Source of the DNA: Salisapilia sapeloensis CBS 127946
Taxonomy: Eukaryota; Protista; Oomycota
Assembly (NCBI GenBank): GCA_023334545.1
Contig: JAADVB010000154.1
Coordinates: 1 to 45,878, forward strand
DNA length: 45,878 nt
Direction: 5' to 3'
In this document: piece by piece, positions 21,950 to 31,999 of the stretch
Layout of the letters: each line of letters opens with the position of its first letter
How positions within the stretch are numbered: position 1 is the first letter of the stretch
Position numbers and translations under genes: made by a program
Notes under the pieces: generated by a model
Told to the model about the DNA's origin: nothing
The model's input: the letters and a program-made list of their open reading frames with translations, nothing else
Database searches by the model: none

Positions 21950-23623
21950 TTAAGGACATCCAGAATTGAATGTTATAATGGAAAAAATCTGGTAGTTGGT
22001 GATGCCTATCAACGTAAGCATCGCGAGGATGAAAAACGTATGCCGGCGCACTTGACGGTAATCGAGTCCGTTGTAGACTTCAATAAAGCATGAGATTGTA
22101 TCTGCTACCAAGTTCATCGTTGCACTGATGAAGAGTAGCAGTGTATCGTCTGCTGTGAAGTCTACACTTGACGAACCAGCATTGGCGTCAGTCGTTAGAG
22201 CGTGCATACTAGCTGAGTCACACTTTGTCGTCTCGAGTAGCTGATGGTATGGATGCTCCAGGTAAATGTGTATGACCGACGTTACTGTAAAGAGGGCAAT
22301 GTACTCGGAGCACATATCGGCATAAAGCTCAGCAGTGTTCAGTGCTACTGATGTTCTAGTTGCAACCGTAACGGCGGCATACTCATCTATGACATGAGTC
22401 GCTCGTCTTGAGGATATTTTCTCGGGCACGACTGTTCGACGTTTTAATTTTCCTTTGCGGAATTTTGGATTTTTCAGTCGACGTACATGCAGCTTAATCC
22501 AGGCGAGTTTTGCTATCCGGACGCCTACTTTTCCTAGACTCATGACAAACGCTCCTTGAATTTGTGCTTGTGTTCCTTTTATAAAACGAAGCACGACCCG
22601 TGTTTGTGTGTCAATTATAATGGTAACTGTAGAAATAGCAGCCACCATTATCTTCAAGTCATACACCTTGAAAAAGACTAATACTTTCTTACATCCCTCT
22701 TGCATGCACAATTTAAATACAATGCTTGCAGATGCAAACAATATTGGTTTAACTTTGGTAATCACAGATGTGTGGATAATATTCACATAGATGGCAGCAA
22801 CGGTCATCGCTAGTACCCATACTGAGTTGCGAACCAAACACAGGCGCATAAGTCCCACTACTGAGCGTTTCCTTCTTGATTGAATTTCACTGTTTTTCTC
22901 TTTCTCCTCTCTTCCAATCTTCCTAGTCATGTACTCGGAAGGAATAGAGCCAACTAACAAGCACAGCATTCCTAAAAGCCACTCACCATTTACGTATGGT
23001 ATCGATTTAGCAGCATACGATTCCCATACCCACATACTTGCCACAATACATCCAAGGGTCAAGATTTGAAAAGGCAGCGCAACCCTACGTAGCAAGTAGA
23101 TATAATGAAGTGTCGCTTGTATCATGTTAACTTTCACTTCTCTCTTTTGTCGGTCCTTCGCTAAAGTATTCGCATTGATGCAGTCAAAAAGGAGAAACTG
23201 AACCATAGCACTTGTCACCAAAAGACCAGACAAGTATTCAGTATTTGACTGGTCTTGAACAGGTTTTCCACTAGTCCAATCTCCAAGCACACATACAATG
23301 TTGATGACACTTGATATGCATTGGCAGGCGATGGAAAGTAGCAGAGTATTCAGGATAATATAAAGTGTTTCAACAATGGTTTTGCTGATGACCGCAAATC
23401 GCGATGATCTCAGCGATAAAATAGAAGTTGTAGCAGGTACAACTTGGTGGTTATGTCTGAGTCTCAAGGTGCTATAGTAGCTTAAGGTGCCTGGTCGATT
23501 TATGAACTCCAAAGAAGACGTATATCGTGGTCCATCCACCGATCTTTTCGCGCAACTGTTCTTGAAGGCACCAACAACAACTATGGCATTGCTAGGGTGC
23601 TTGTCATCTTCATGACCTTCCAT
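21950..23623 (-). CDS. Oomycete-type multipass transmembrane protein (paralog 1)
   Basis: 557-aa intronless ORF with many hydrophobic helices. It shares FKxCMQE, IIIDxQTRxVL and AELYADMCSEYIA motifs with the neighbouring gene. Confidence 0.8.
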   Translation of the reverse strand: MEGHEDDKHPSNAIVVVGAFKNSCAKRSVDGPRYTSSLEFINRPGTLSYYSTLRLRHNHQVVPATTSILSLRSSRFAVISKTIVETLYIILNTLLLSIACQCISSVINIVCVLGDWTSGKPVQDQSNTEYLSGLLVTSAMVQFLLFDCINANTLAKDRQKREVKVNMIQATLHYIYLLRRVALPFQILTLGCIVASMWVWESYAAKSIPYVNGEWLLGMLCLLVGSIPSEYMTRKIGREEKEKNSEIQSRRKRSVVGLMRLCLVRNSVWVLAMTVAAIYVNIIHTSVITKVKPILFASASIVFKLCMQEGCKKVLVFFKVYDLKIMVAAISTVTIIIDTQTRVVLRFIKGTQAQIQGAFVMSLGKVGVRIAKLAWIKLHVRRLKNPKFRKGKLKRRTVVPEKISSRRATHVIDEYAAVTVATRTSVALNTAELYADMCSEYIALFTVTSVIHIYLEHPYHQLLETTKCDSASMHALTTDANAGSSSVDFTADDTLLLFISATMNLVADTISCFIEVYNGLDYRQVRRHTFFILAMLTLIGITNYQIFSIITFNSGCP

Positions 23624-23932
23624 TTCCCGTAGTTACCAGGTATAATGATAGCTACAGCCTAAAATAGAATTTGAGACCACAATTGAATATTAGTGAATGG
23701 TAGGATATAGGCAATACTGCTTAAGATAAAAATTAAATTGCCTATTCAATAAAGCCATGAAATGCATACCTTCGTACTACCAAATTGTTGTGTTTGCCGA
23801 TAGTACAAGTCATTAAAAGCTTAGTATTGTACGCCTATGTGATGATATCTACGCAATTTTGTCTAGTTTCTGGTTCAACAACACAGTACTCTGTGCATAC
23901 GAATATATTTCATCGCCTCTGCAAGATTGCCA

Positions 23933-25582
23933 TCATGTGCATGTTCGCTTAAGATAAACAAGAGAGTATATCTGAACATTAGCAACTGCGATGAAAATGA
24001 ATATAGACAGCATAAACATGCGATGCTTCCAAAGTGTCCGGTATTCCAAACCGAAAGAGATTTCAATGTAGCAAGAAATCATATCCACTGCAATCTCCGC
24101 AAGCATCGAATAAAATGCTGGAAGTATGATCGACTGTAGTTCATCAAAGTGATGGATATCGTGACCATCGTACATGTCTTCATTGCCAATTAGATCACAG
24201 CCAAAGCTTGTAGTCAAAATGGACTCTTGCTTTCGACTAGTATGGTTGAGCCATACGTGACAAGCAGCACAGCAGATCGCAATGTACTCGGAGCACATTT
24301 CAGCATAAATTTCTGCCGTATGTAAAGATAATATCATGTCCTTCCCTTGTACAGTGTTTAAGCAGTAGTCGTCGTCAACATTGCCGCTGGATGGCGTCAA
24401 CGACTTCTGACGGGACGTCGCTCTACTCTTTAAGTAGTGATCGTATGCTTTAATGATAGTTAGTTTGCCCATCCTTAAAAGCGTTTCTGCAGCAGACATC
24501 AACATAATGCCGGTAATCTCGATAACTGCGCCTTTGCTCCTTCGGAGTACAATCCGTGTTTGGCAGTCAATGATAATGGTCGAAATAGAAATAGCAGAGA
24601 CCATGACACGAATGTCCCTGATATTACCAGCAACGAGCAAGCGCTTGCTCAGCTCTTGCATGCATACTTTGAAAAAGATGCTGATACCAGTAAAAAGCAG
24701 CGGGTTGACATGCGACGTATAGTAAGAATGGATGGCTTGCACATATATCGTCGCTACTGAAATACTGACGATCCCAGCTAGCATCTTTGCCAGGCTACGT
24801 AAGAAGTTGTGTAGAGCGGATATGTGCGTGATGATCAAATTCGGATTTGCCTCCTTTGTTTCCAGTCGGCGAATCTTCTTCATCCTGATGTCCATTGGCA
24901 CAGAGTAAAGTAAGCTGCACAAGAAGGCCAAGTACAATTCCCCATTGGTAAAGAAGTACCGACTTGGGATCAAGCACTGCCAAGTCCAGACCAAGAGGAT
25001 AGATATAGTCAAAGCTACGACATAATAGAGAATAGTGTGGCGAAGCAATGTGCCAAAATACTGGAATGCAGCTCGCTTGATGTTAATCCGACCCGACATT
25101 CGATTTTTCCTGTCACTTGCAAGTAATGCTGAGTTCATCATGCAAAGGGCAATATACTGAAGAGTAAATGTGATCAGAAGAAGCCCAGAAATGTATTGAG
25201 CATCCGTCTGGTCCTCATCACCTTGGGCACCAAACAAGTATCCTCTTAAAGCAGCATAATTCGCTGCGAAAGATATGACCAAGCAAATAAAGGAGGGCAG
25301 TTGCGCATTTGCAACTGTAGAAATGGAAAGTTCCATAACTTGACGGAGCGATTTCCTAGTAGCTTTTCGTATAGATGCTTTGGCGAGTTTTGCGATTCTG
25401 CCCGAGCTTTGCTTCATTACCACTCTCATTGCAGAAAACTTCTGAGATGGTAGCTTAATCAGATCTTGTTTTGATTGCCTATCATGAGAAGCAGAATGCT
25501 GATTCAGCTCTTTGTTCTGTTCGGGAATTTCGTCTCGGGGCTTCTCATCTTCGCTCCTTGCAGGCACACAATGAACTCGCAT
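23933..25582 (-). CDS. Oomycete-type multipass transmembrane protein (paralog 2)
   Basis: 549-aa ORF with FKVCMQE, IIIDCQTRIVL and TAEIYAEMCSEYIAICCA. Tandem paralog of 21950-23623. Confidence 0.8.
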   Translation of the reverse strand: MRVHCVPARSEDEKPRDEIPEQNKELNQHSASHDRQSKQDLIKLPSQKFSAMRVVMKQSSGRIAKLAKASIRKATRKSLRQVMELSISTVANAQLPSFICLVISFAANYAALRGYLFGAQGDEDQTDAQYISGLLLITFTLQYIALCMMNSALLASDRKNRMSGRINIKRAAFQYFGTLLRHTILYYVVALTISILLVWTWQCLIPSRYFFTNGELYLAFLCSLLYSVPMDIRMKKIRRLETKEANPNLIITHISALHNFLRSLAKMLAGIVSISVATIYVQAIHSYYTSHVNPLLFTGISIFFKVCMQELSKRLLVAGNIRDIRVMVSAISISTIIIDCQTRIVLRRSKGAVIEITGIMLMSAAETLLRMGKLTIIKAYDHYLKSRATSRQKSLTPSSGNVDDDYCLNTVQGKDMILSLHTAEIYAEMCSEYIAICCAACHVWLNHTSRKQESILTTSFGCDLIGNEDMYDGHDIHHFDELQSIILPAFYSMLAEIAVDMISCYIEISFGLEYRTLWKHRMFMLSIFIFIAVANVQIYSLVYLKRTCT

Positions 25583-25848
25583 TACAGTCTACGAGCGCTC
25601 ACACAAATAATGTGCACTAAAATGAACCGCGTTCTGTGCCTTTAAATCTTGTGTGACAGCTTCAGTCTGCTATGCTATATTAAGCAATAATGAGCGATGG
25701 TCCTGATCACATCATGCCTGCAGACTCGTCTTCTAGTTTAAGTTGGTTGAACTAGAGCTAAATATAGAAAAACGTCAGTACATTTATCTCAACGTCCGAT
25801 TCTAGTCGAGAAGGCGCCTATTCCAATTTGCTTAGCAGCCTCAAAAGT

Positions 25849-26211
25849 ATGACGGCAGTAACTCATGTTCAAGATCAAGAACAGTGGTCTCAGCTTTGCG
25901 AAGCAAGCGAAAAGATGCTTTTAGTCGTAGATATCTACAAGAACTGGTGCGGGCCTTGTAAAGTTCTAGAGCCGACGTACAAGAGGTTAACAACAGACAT
26001 TGATAATGCTGAAAGACGGGTCGCATTTGCGACGCTTGACTCGTCCATGGAGATTGAAGGAATCACTGAGAGCGAAAGCTGCAAGCCGCGCTTTGTTCTC
26101 TTCTCGAACAAACGACCAATCGCCGAAGTCTCTGGTGCGAATGCACCGCTACTAGAACAACTAGTAAAGCAACATTGCCCAGAGTTAGAGGATGAGGAAG
26201 AAGAAACTTAG
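25849..26211 (+). CDS. Thioredoxin-domain protein, NME8/TXNDC3 (dynein-associated TRX)-like
   Basis: LLVVDIYKNWCGPCKVLEP active site, then FATLD...SCKPRFVLF, resembling the TRX domain of TRX-NDPK and dynein light chains. First ATG at 25849. Confidence 0.8.
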   Translation: MTAVTHVQDQEQWSQLCEASEKMLLVVDIYKNWCGPCKVLEPTYKRLTTDIDNAERRVAFATLDSSMEIEGITESESCKPRFVLFSNKRPIAEVSGANAPLLEQLVKQHCPELEDEEEET

Positions 26212-26386
26212 CATTAGTGTGATGAAGATAATCAATTTCTAATTTCTATCTCAGCATAATTTCTCTTTGACTTGATAGGTTGAATGTAATTGACGCAAGT
26301 TAAACCTTTTGTTCAGGTATGTGATTTTTTTTCATAGCTCTGAAGAAAAACCAGATCGCCTTTAATTGCAGCTTTCTTGAACAAGA

Positions 26387-29300
26387 ATGCGATCTTGCCT
26401 GCATTCTGTTTTATTTTGTGTCGCGGTCTTCGGACTATGGTCATTTGCTGAACCGGACCTCGACGATTTGCTTTCTCCGTTTCTGGACTTGAATCATCTA
26501 TCCGACGATCTCGAGCAGGTCCTCGAATTATTACCTTTAGCTTTTAAAGACGATGGCGACATCGAACAACAGAGGCTACAAAATTCTAACTACTTCGCAC
26601 AAGCTGAAATGCATGCTCTCGTTCAGTTGTATCAGGAATGCGCTACAGCTGAGTCTAATGCTTTGAAGACATGGTGTGTCGGAAATGAATCGTCATATCC
26701 TGTAGACTTGGAGAAAAGTATGTTGTGTCCACGCAAGCGTTGGACGCACCCGTGTGGAGATCAGCTGCTTAATTACACTAAAGACAGCAATACATCGGGA
26801 TTTTGGCAGGGCATTCAGTGCACTCTTCATACGGATCCAGTGACAATTACTCACATATACCTACCAAGTCAGCACTTAGAATGCAACCTGAGCAGTGTTA
26901 ACTTGGGCATGATGCAATCTTTGCAATCGTTGGATCTATCCGGCAACTCTATCACTGGAGAAATTCCAGTTTGGATTCAGGAGATGAGCTCACTTCGCAT
27001 CCTTCGCCTTAGTGGTAATTACTTAGTTGGAGACATTCCGATTGAACTGGGATCCAATCACCAACTTGAGACTTTAGATCTGTCGAACAACCAGCTACAA
27101 GCGTCATCCCTTGGTATTTTGCGAACACTCCCTCAACTTCAGATTATAGACTTAGCGAACAACCGCATCGCAGCTTCTTTTGATGGAAATGATATACTAA
27201 GCCGTCGCGTTAGCTATCTAAATTTGAGTCGCAATCGCATCACTGGATCCCTTACCAACCTTCCATCATTCAGTGAAATCGTTGTCTTTGACGTATCACA
27301 CAATGAGCTCCATGGAAACTTATCGACAAACATGAGGACGTGGGGCCTTCTCGATCCGGACGACCCAAGCTTTTATTCGTCTTTACAGATTATAAATGTG
27401 TCAGGGAATGCACTTGCAGGGCCTATTCCAGATTTGTCCCTACAAACCTCTCTACGAGTATTCGACCTCACTAGCAATTCATTTACTGGAAAAGTACCGA
27501 TGTTGCCTCATATGAACAGGAGCGAGCTTCATATCGATCATAACTTATTTACGTGCCAGGTTGAGGCAAGGAATAGACGGCTAACTCAGTCATGCATATG
27601 CACTAGTAACCATACATTTGTGCTATTGGATATGCAACAATGGACTGTTCGAAGTGTCGACACGAAGAATTGGAAAGCTGGTAGTCTCATAGTGGACGAT
27701 AGACACAAATTTCAGGCGTGCCCAACGCATCGAAATGTAACTTCATTTATAAAGGAGTATTGTGATTCGTGTCCACCAGGGTATTTCTATGATGAAAGTA
27801 GAGAACCAAGTGCCAGTCACGTTAACTACAGCTTCTGTGAACCTTGTGCGTCAGGTACCTATTCAATGACAACAGGCTTTGAATCGTGCTCGTATTGCCC
27901 TCGTGGAACTAGTACAGAAGGAATGATTGGGCAAAGGGCTTGCTTATTATGTTCTCCAGGTACATATAGCCCAATACTTGGGCAAAGTACATGCCAATTA
28001 TGTCCTCATGGATATTTTACTGGTAAGCATGGACAAGGGAAATGTCAGCCATGTTGGCCGGGTACATTTTCCGACGTTCTAGGTGCTGCAGAGTGCTTTC
28101 AATGTCCTCCTGGACAGCATCAAAATCACTCGGATGCAGATCATTGCGATTTGTGTGAGGAGGGAAGTGTAGCACCAATGGAGGGAAGTACGAAATGCAC
28201 CTCATGTCCTAGGGGTACATTTCACGACAGTGCTAAGCAAAGTTGCCTCAAGTGTCCGCAAAATAAGATCGCAGAGGAACCAGGTCAGCTAGATTGTAAG
28301 ACGTGCTTGGATGGGTATATGGCCATGGAGTATGAATATGGTTATCGCTGTGTGCCAAAGAATTTAACAACTGGAGTGGAAACTAAGCGAGGAAGCACAA
28401 CAAAGTCATTATATCAACCTTGCCGACCTGGTACCTACAATAACGGAGGCACAAAATGTCAACGCTGTCCGAAAGGTTCGTTTGCCGCTAACAGTGGATC
28501 ATTTGAGTGTCAACAATGCCCTAAGGGTACATTTGCAAACTCTCGTGGAAGTGTAGTATGCAGTGATGCACAACCAGGCTTCTATGTGAATGTTCGAGGA
28601 GCCCATTATCCGACTTTATGTCCTCAAAACACGTTCACGAATAAGAATCGATCAACTACTTGTATGCAATGCCTATATCCTAAATACCGGACGTGGCCAG
28701 GTGGAAAGAAGTGTGACATCATCAAGGATGGACAAATTATCAAGTACATCGACTGGCCACTACTCACATTCCAGGTAAAAGGCATCGACATGGACCGTGG
28801 ACTTAAAAGAACGCTTGTAGAAAACATTGTGAAAGCAGTGAAAGACATATTGGCTGGCTATACTTTTGATCAACCGATCGTTCATTTCATTTCAAACCTT
28901 CGAGACGATAATGAGATCAACGTGACACTAGCTTTGGAGCCGCAGTCTTTGAAAATGCCGGATGAACACAATATCAAGCGTCCTTTTGAAAGCATAAAGA
29001 GACTTTTCGAGCCTGATGATACGATCAAGGACGAAAGCAGCAGCCCTGAGGATTGGACTGGTACGGTGATCGCACTGCCATCCGCCACAAGTATTCCCAC
29101 CGCGCTACAATTTGTACGAACCAAGAAGTTCATCCGACTACTGATTCTTGTACTGGAAGCATACCACGATAAGAAGGTAGAACCACAACCAATAACACAG
29201 TTCACAATTCGTGTTATGTCTGAAAATGACCGCCTTAAATCACTGCAAGCTGTAGCATGTCCTGCAGGCTCCTACTATTATGTTGCTGATTCCGCAAATC

Positions 29301-29686
29301 GGTCGTCTGCAAGATGCCTTGATTGCCCGCTAGGAACGTATAACTCGGAGGAACAGTCACTCGTATGTAAATCATGTCCAAAGGATACTTTTGGAGATAA
29401 AGAAGGATTGACTACCTGCAAGAAGTGCCCTTTCGGTAGTGCTTCTCAAAATGGTGCTATAAGCTGCACTGTTTGCACATTTCTTTCTACCGAATGCCGA
29501 GACTTTTATGAAGACCTCTTTTTAACATTTCTTGCTGGGATGTTGCTACTTGTTGTCGCACTCAAGAGGTTAAGAAGGTTTGTTAATACCAATCCAAACG
29601 ATAATGATCGTACGGAGTGTGCTGCACTGATGACACAGGTTCGAAGCGTCGGACGAGTATATGCTGGAAGCGAAGAAAGTAGCTGA
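26387..29686 (+). CDS. Single-pass receptor-like protein: signal peptide, plant-type LRRs, Cys-rich ephrin-receptor-like (GCC2/GCC3) repeats, TM helix, short tail
   Basis: N-terminal hydrophobic signal and a WQGIQC N-cap. Repeated LxxLDLSxNxLxGxIP (~26900-27550). Many CxxCxxGxY/F repeats (~27760-28720 and ~29250-29490). TM LFLTFLAGMLLLVVAL followed by KRLRR. Confidence 0.85.
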   Translation: MRSCLHSVLFCVAVFGLWSFAEPDLDDLLSPFLDLNHLSDDLEQVLELLPLAFKDDGDIEQQRLQNSNYFAQAEMHALVQLYQECATAESNALKTWCVGNESSYPVDLEKSMLCPRKRWTHPCGDQLLNYTKDSNTSGFWQGIQCTLHTDPVTITHIYLPSQHLECNLSSVNLGMMQSLQSLDLSGNSITGEIPVWIQEMSSLRILRLSGNYLVGDIPIELGSNHQLETLDLSNNQLQASSLGILRTLPQLQIIDLANNRIAASFDGNDILSRRVSYLNLSRNRITGSLTNLPSFSEIVVFDVSHNELHGNLSTNMRTWGLLDPDDPSFYSSLQIINVSGNALAGPIPDLSLQTSLRVFDLTSNSFTGKVPMLPHMNRSELHIDHNLFTCQVEARNRRLTQSCICTSNHTFVLLDMQQWTVRSVDTKNWKAGSLIVDDRHKFQACPTHRNVTSFIKEYCDSCPPGYFYDESREPSASHVNYSFCEPCASGTYSMTTGFESCSYCPRGTSTEGMIGQRACLLCSPGTYSPILGQSTCQLCPHGYFTGKHGQGKCQPCWPGTFSDVLGAAECFQCPPGQHQNHSDADHCDLCEEGSVAPMEGSTKCTSCPRGTFHDSAKQSCLKCPQNKIAEEPGQLDCKTCLDGYMAMEYEYGYRCVPKNLTTGVETKRGSTTKSLYQPCRPGTYNNGGTKCQRCPKGSFAANSGSFECQQCPKGTFANSRGSVVCSDAQPGFYVNVRGAHYPTLCPQNTFTNKNRSTTCMQCLYPKYRTWPGGKKCDIIKDGQIIKYIDWPLLTFQVKGIDMDRGLKRTLVENIVKAVKDILAGYTFDQPIVHFISNLRDDNEINVTLALEPQSLKMPDEHNIKRPFESIKRLFEPDDTIKDESSSPEDWTGTVIALPSATSIPTALQFVRTKKFIRLLILVLEAYHDKKVEPQPITQFTIRVMSENDRLKSLQAVACPAGSYYYVADSANRSSARCLDCPLGTYNSEEQSLVCKSCPKDTFGDKEGLTTCKKCPFGSASQNGAISCTVCTFLSTECRDFYEDLFLTFLAGMLLLVVALKRLRRFVNTNPNDNDRTECAALMTQVRSVGRVYAGSEESS

Positions 29687-30310
29687 CGACTACATGGCAT
29701 TTTGAGTACCATACCATACACCAGATCTATTCGCGTGTTATGAGGAATCTAGAAAGAGACAATTGAGCACACTATGCTTTTGCTATCTATCAGTGATATG
29801 TATATACACCGATCTTTGCTTTTCCGTTCCTTATTCATGTTGCTATTGAATAATATCTTGTGCAGTGTAGTACAAACAACTCGCAGTTAATTACAATACA
29901 CCATTGATATGCAAACAGACCATAGCAAATGGAAACGACAGAGTATACAGATCGTAAAAGCCAGTTACCGTTTCGAAACGAGTTAAGTGGTAACCTGCAA
30001 ATGCCATTTAAGCACTTCTCTTGTAAAGATACGTGGACTACTACTCTCTTTCATAGTAAATTTTCTGACACAAAGCCGCTCTTGCCTCGTTCGCGTTGTC
30101 AATACCCACTGACAGCCTTCCTGATACACAAATTCAGCAGATGGATTTTAGGAACACCTTGACACATGGATGGAGCAATTCATCAGAAGCGACTACTTTT
30201 CGCTATATGAGTTTCCCGAATCAATCTCGTTTTCGTCAGTTTGTATCGATGATGGGATTTGGTGAGATGCTTATTTTCAAATTGACCGACTGGTCTGCAA
30301 GTTAGCGACA

Positions 30311-31349
30311 ATGGTCAACTATCTGGGTTTCCTCGCAGTAGCATCCACACTGCTGTCGACTGCACTCGCTCAATACGCAGCTCCTGGCGCATGCTCTGGC
30401 ATTTGTGTTAACACGCATGACCCATCCGTCGTGCGCCGCGAAAGTGATGGCACTTACTTCCGTTTCAGCACCGGAGGCAAGATTGCAGTTCACTCTGCTC
30501 CAGGTATGCTGGCGACATTTACACCGCCCTATTGATCACATTGCTAATCAACTTAAATATTATGTAGACATTAGTGGACCGTGGAAGTACGAAGGTGCAG
30601 CGATTCCTGACGGTTCGATCATCAACCTTAAAGGCCGAGATGACTTGTGGGCTCCGGATGTCACGCTTATTGGAGACACCTACTATCTTTACTACACTGT
30701 GAGCTCGTTTGGTTCGCAAAACTCTGCTATTGGTTACGCCACCTCTCCTACAATGGATGTTGGCTCATGGACGGATCATGGCAGCACTGGCATTCAAAGC
30801 GGAGCAGGCAAACCATACAATGCGATCGATCCAGCTTTGATTTGGGCAAACGAACAGTTCCACATGACATTTGGCAGTTTCTGGGACGGCATCTACCAAG
30901 CGTCGATGGCTAATCCGCCAACAAAGGTAACTGGATCGGCCCACCAAGTTGCTCTGGAACCAGTTACGACTGCTGTGGAAGGCCCTTACGTCTTTACCTG
31001 GGGAGACAACTTCTACCTGTTCTTCTCGGAAGGAAAATGCTGTGGCTTCGACACTGACATGCCAGCGAAAGGAAAGGAGTATAAGATCATGGTATGCCGC
31101 TCCAGAGACCCGACCAGCGGTTTCGTTGATGCGAATGGCAGGGATTGCCGAAACGGTGGTGGTACTGTGGTGCTCGAGAGTCATGACAACATCTACGGAC
31201 CTGGCGGCCAAGGTGTCACGATGGACTCCCAGTACGGCCCTATTCTCTATTATCACTACGTTGACACCAACATCGGATACGCGGACGGTGACAAACGCTT
31301 CGGATGGAACAAGCTTGACTTTTCGAGTGGATGGCCGGTGGCCTTGTAA
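30311..31349 (+). CDS. abnA: Secreted GH43 endo-1,5-alpha-L-arabinanase, fungal AbnA type; exons 30311-30503 and 30568-31349
   Basis: Signal peptide, then [17 protein letters not shown]...DLWAPDV...NAIDP...FGSFW...VEGP...GKCCG...VYGPGGQG-type...GWPV. The catalytic Asp/Asp/Glu are present. The 64-nt GTATGC..GCTAAT..TAG intron restores ...SAPDISGPW. Confidence 0.93.
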
Positions 31350-31952
31350 GCTTTAGAAAATGTCATTTTCACTTGGTTGAGGCATTCAAGCACATTGAGA
31401 AATACAACTTATCTTTAGTGTTGAAAAGCTTCCTTTCATTATTAGATGGCATGCAGTATTCTTCACTATCTTATTTGCTCAAGCTGTGCTGAGATACTCT
31501 TCTGTAATCTTTCCTGAAAGCTATAAATGTTCTACGCCATCTTATAAACGATCGTTGCTTTCATTTGTTATTCAGTCATCTGGTCATCATTCGGATCTTT
31601 GGTAGGTACCTGCATTGTTATCGATGTATCTGTCGTTATCTAGCTTACTTTATGTTCGCAAGCATCGTCGCCAGACTTCACATGAAGCCTGCCTTTGACC
31701 GTCTACTCCATTTGAGATGAGGTCAATTGTCAAAACGTCAAAAGTATCAGCTCGCGGTCAATCTTGTCAATCAAGATGCTTCCCAAGAAACAGCTGTGTA
31801 TAACGCAAGACCACTTGCTTGGATACGAAGATACGAGGCAGTATGATGCCAAACATCAATAATCATGATCGAAGTGCTGTTGATCGCAGCAGTGACCAAA
31901 CAACCACGTGGAAATAGAGAAGGACGTGAAAGCGCTGTTGTGACTTAACTTC

Positions 31953-31967
31953 TCACTTTTCATTTCG
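31953..31967 (+). promoter_or_regulatory. INR+FPR-like core promoter of the AA17-PL1 gene
   Basis: TCACTTT-T-CATTTCG, about 35 bp upstream of the ATG at 32000. Confidence 0.6.
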
Positions 31968-31999
31968 CGAGCTTCGCCGTACGCCGACTGTCACTTGGA

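Noticed and set aside
26387-29686. LRR receptor kinase
   Set aside because: No kinase motifs after the TM helix or in the downstream 600 bp.
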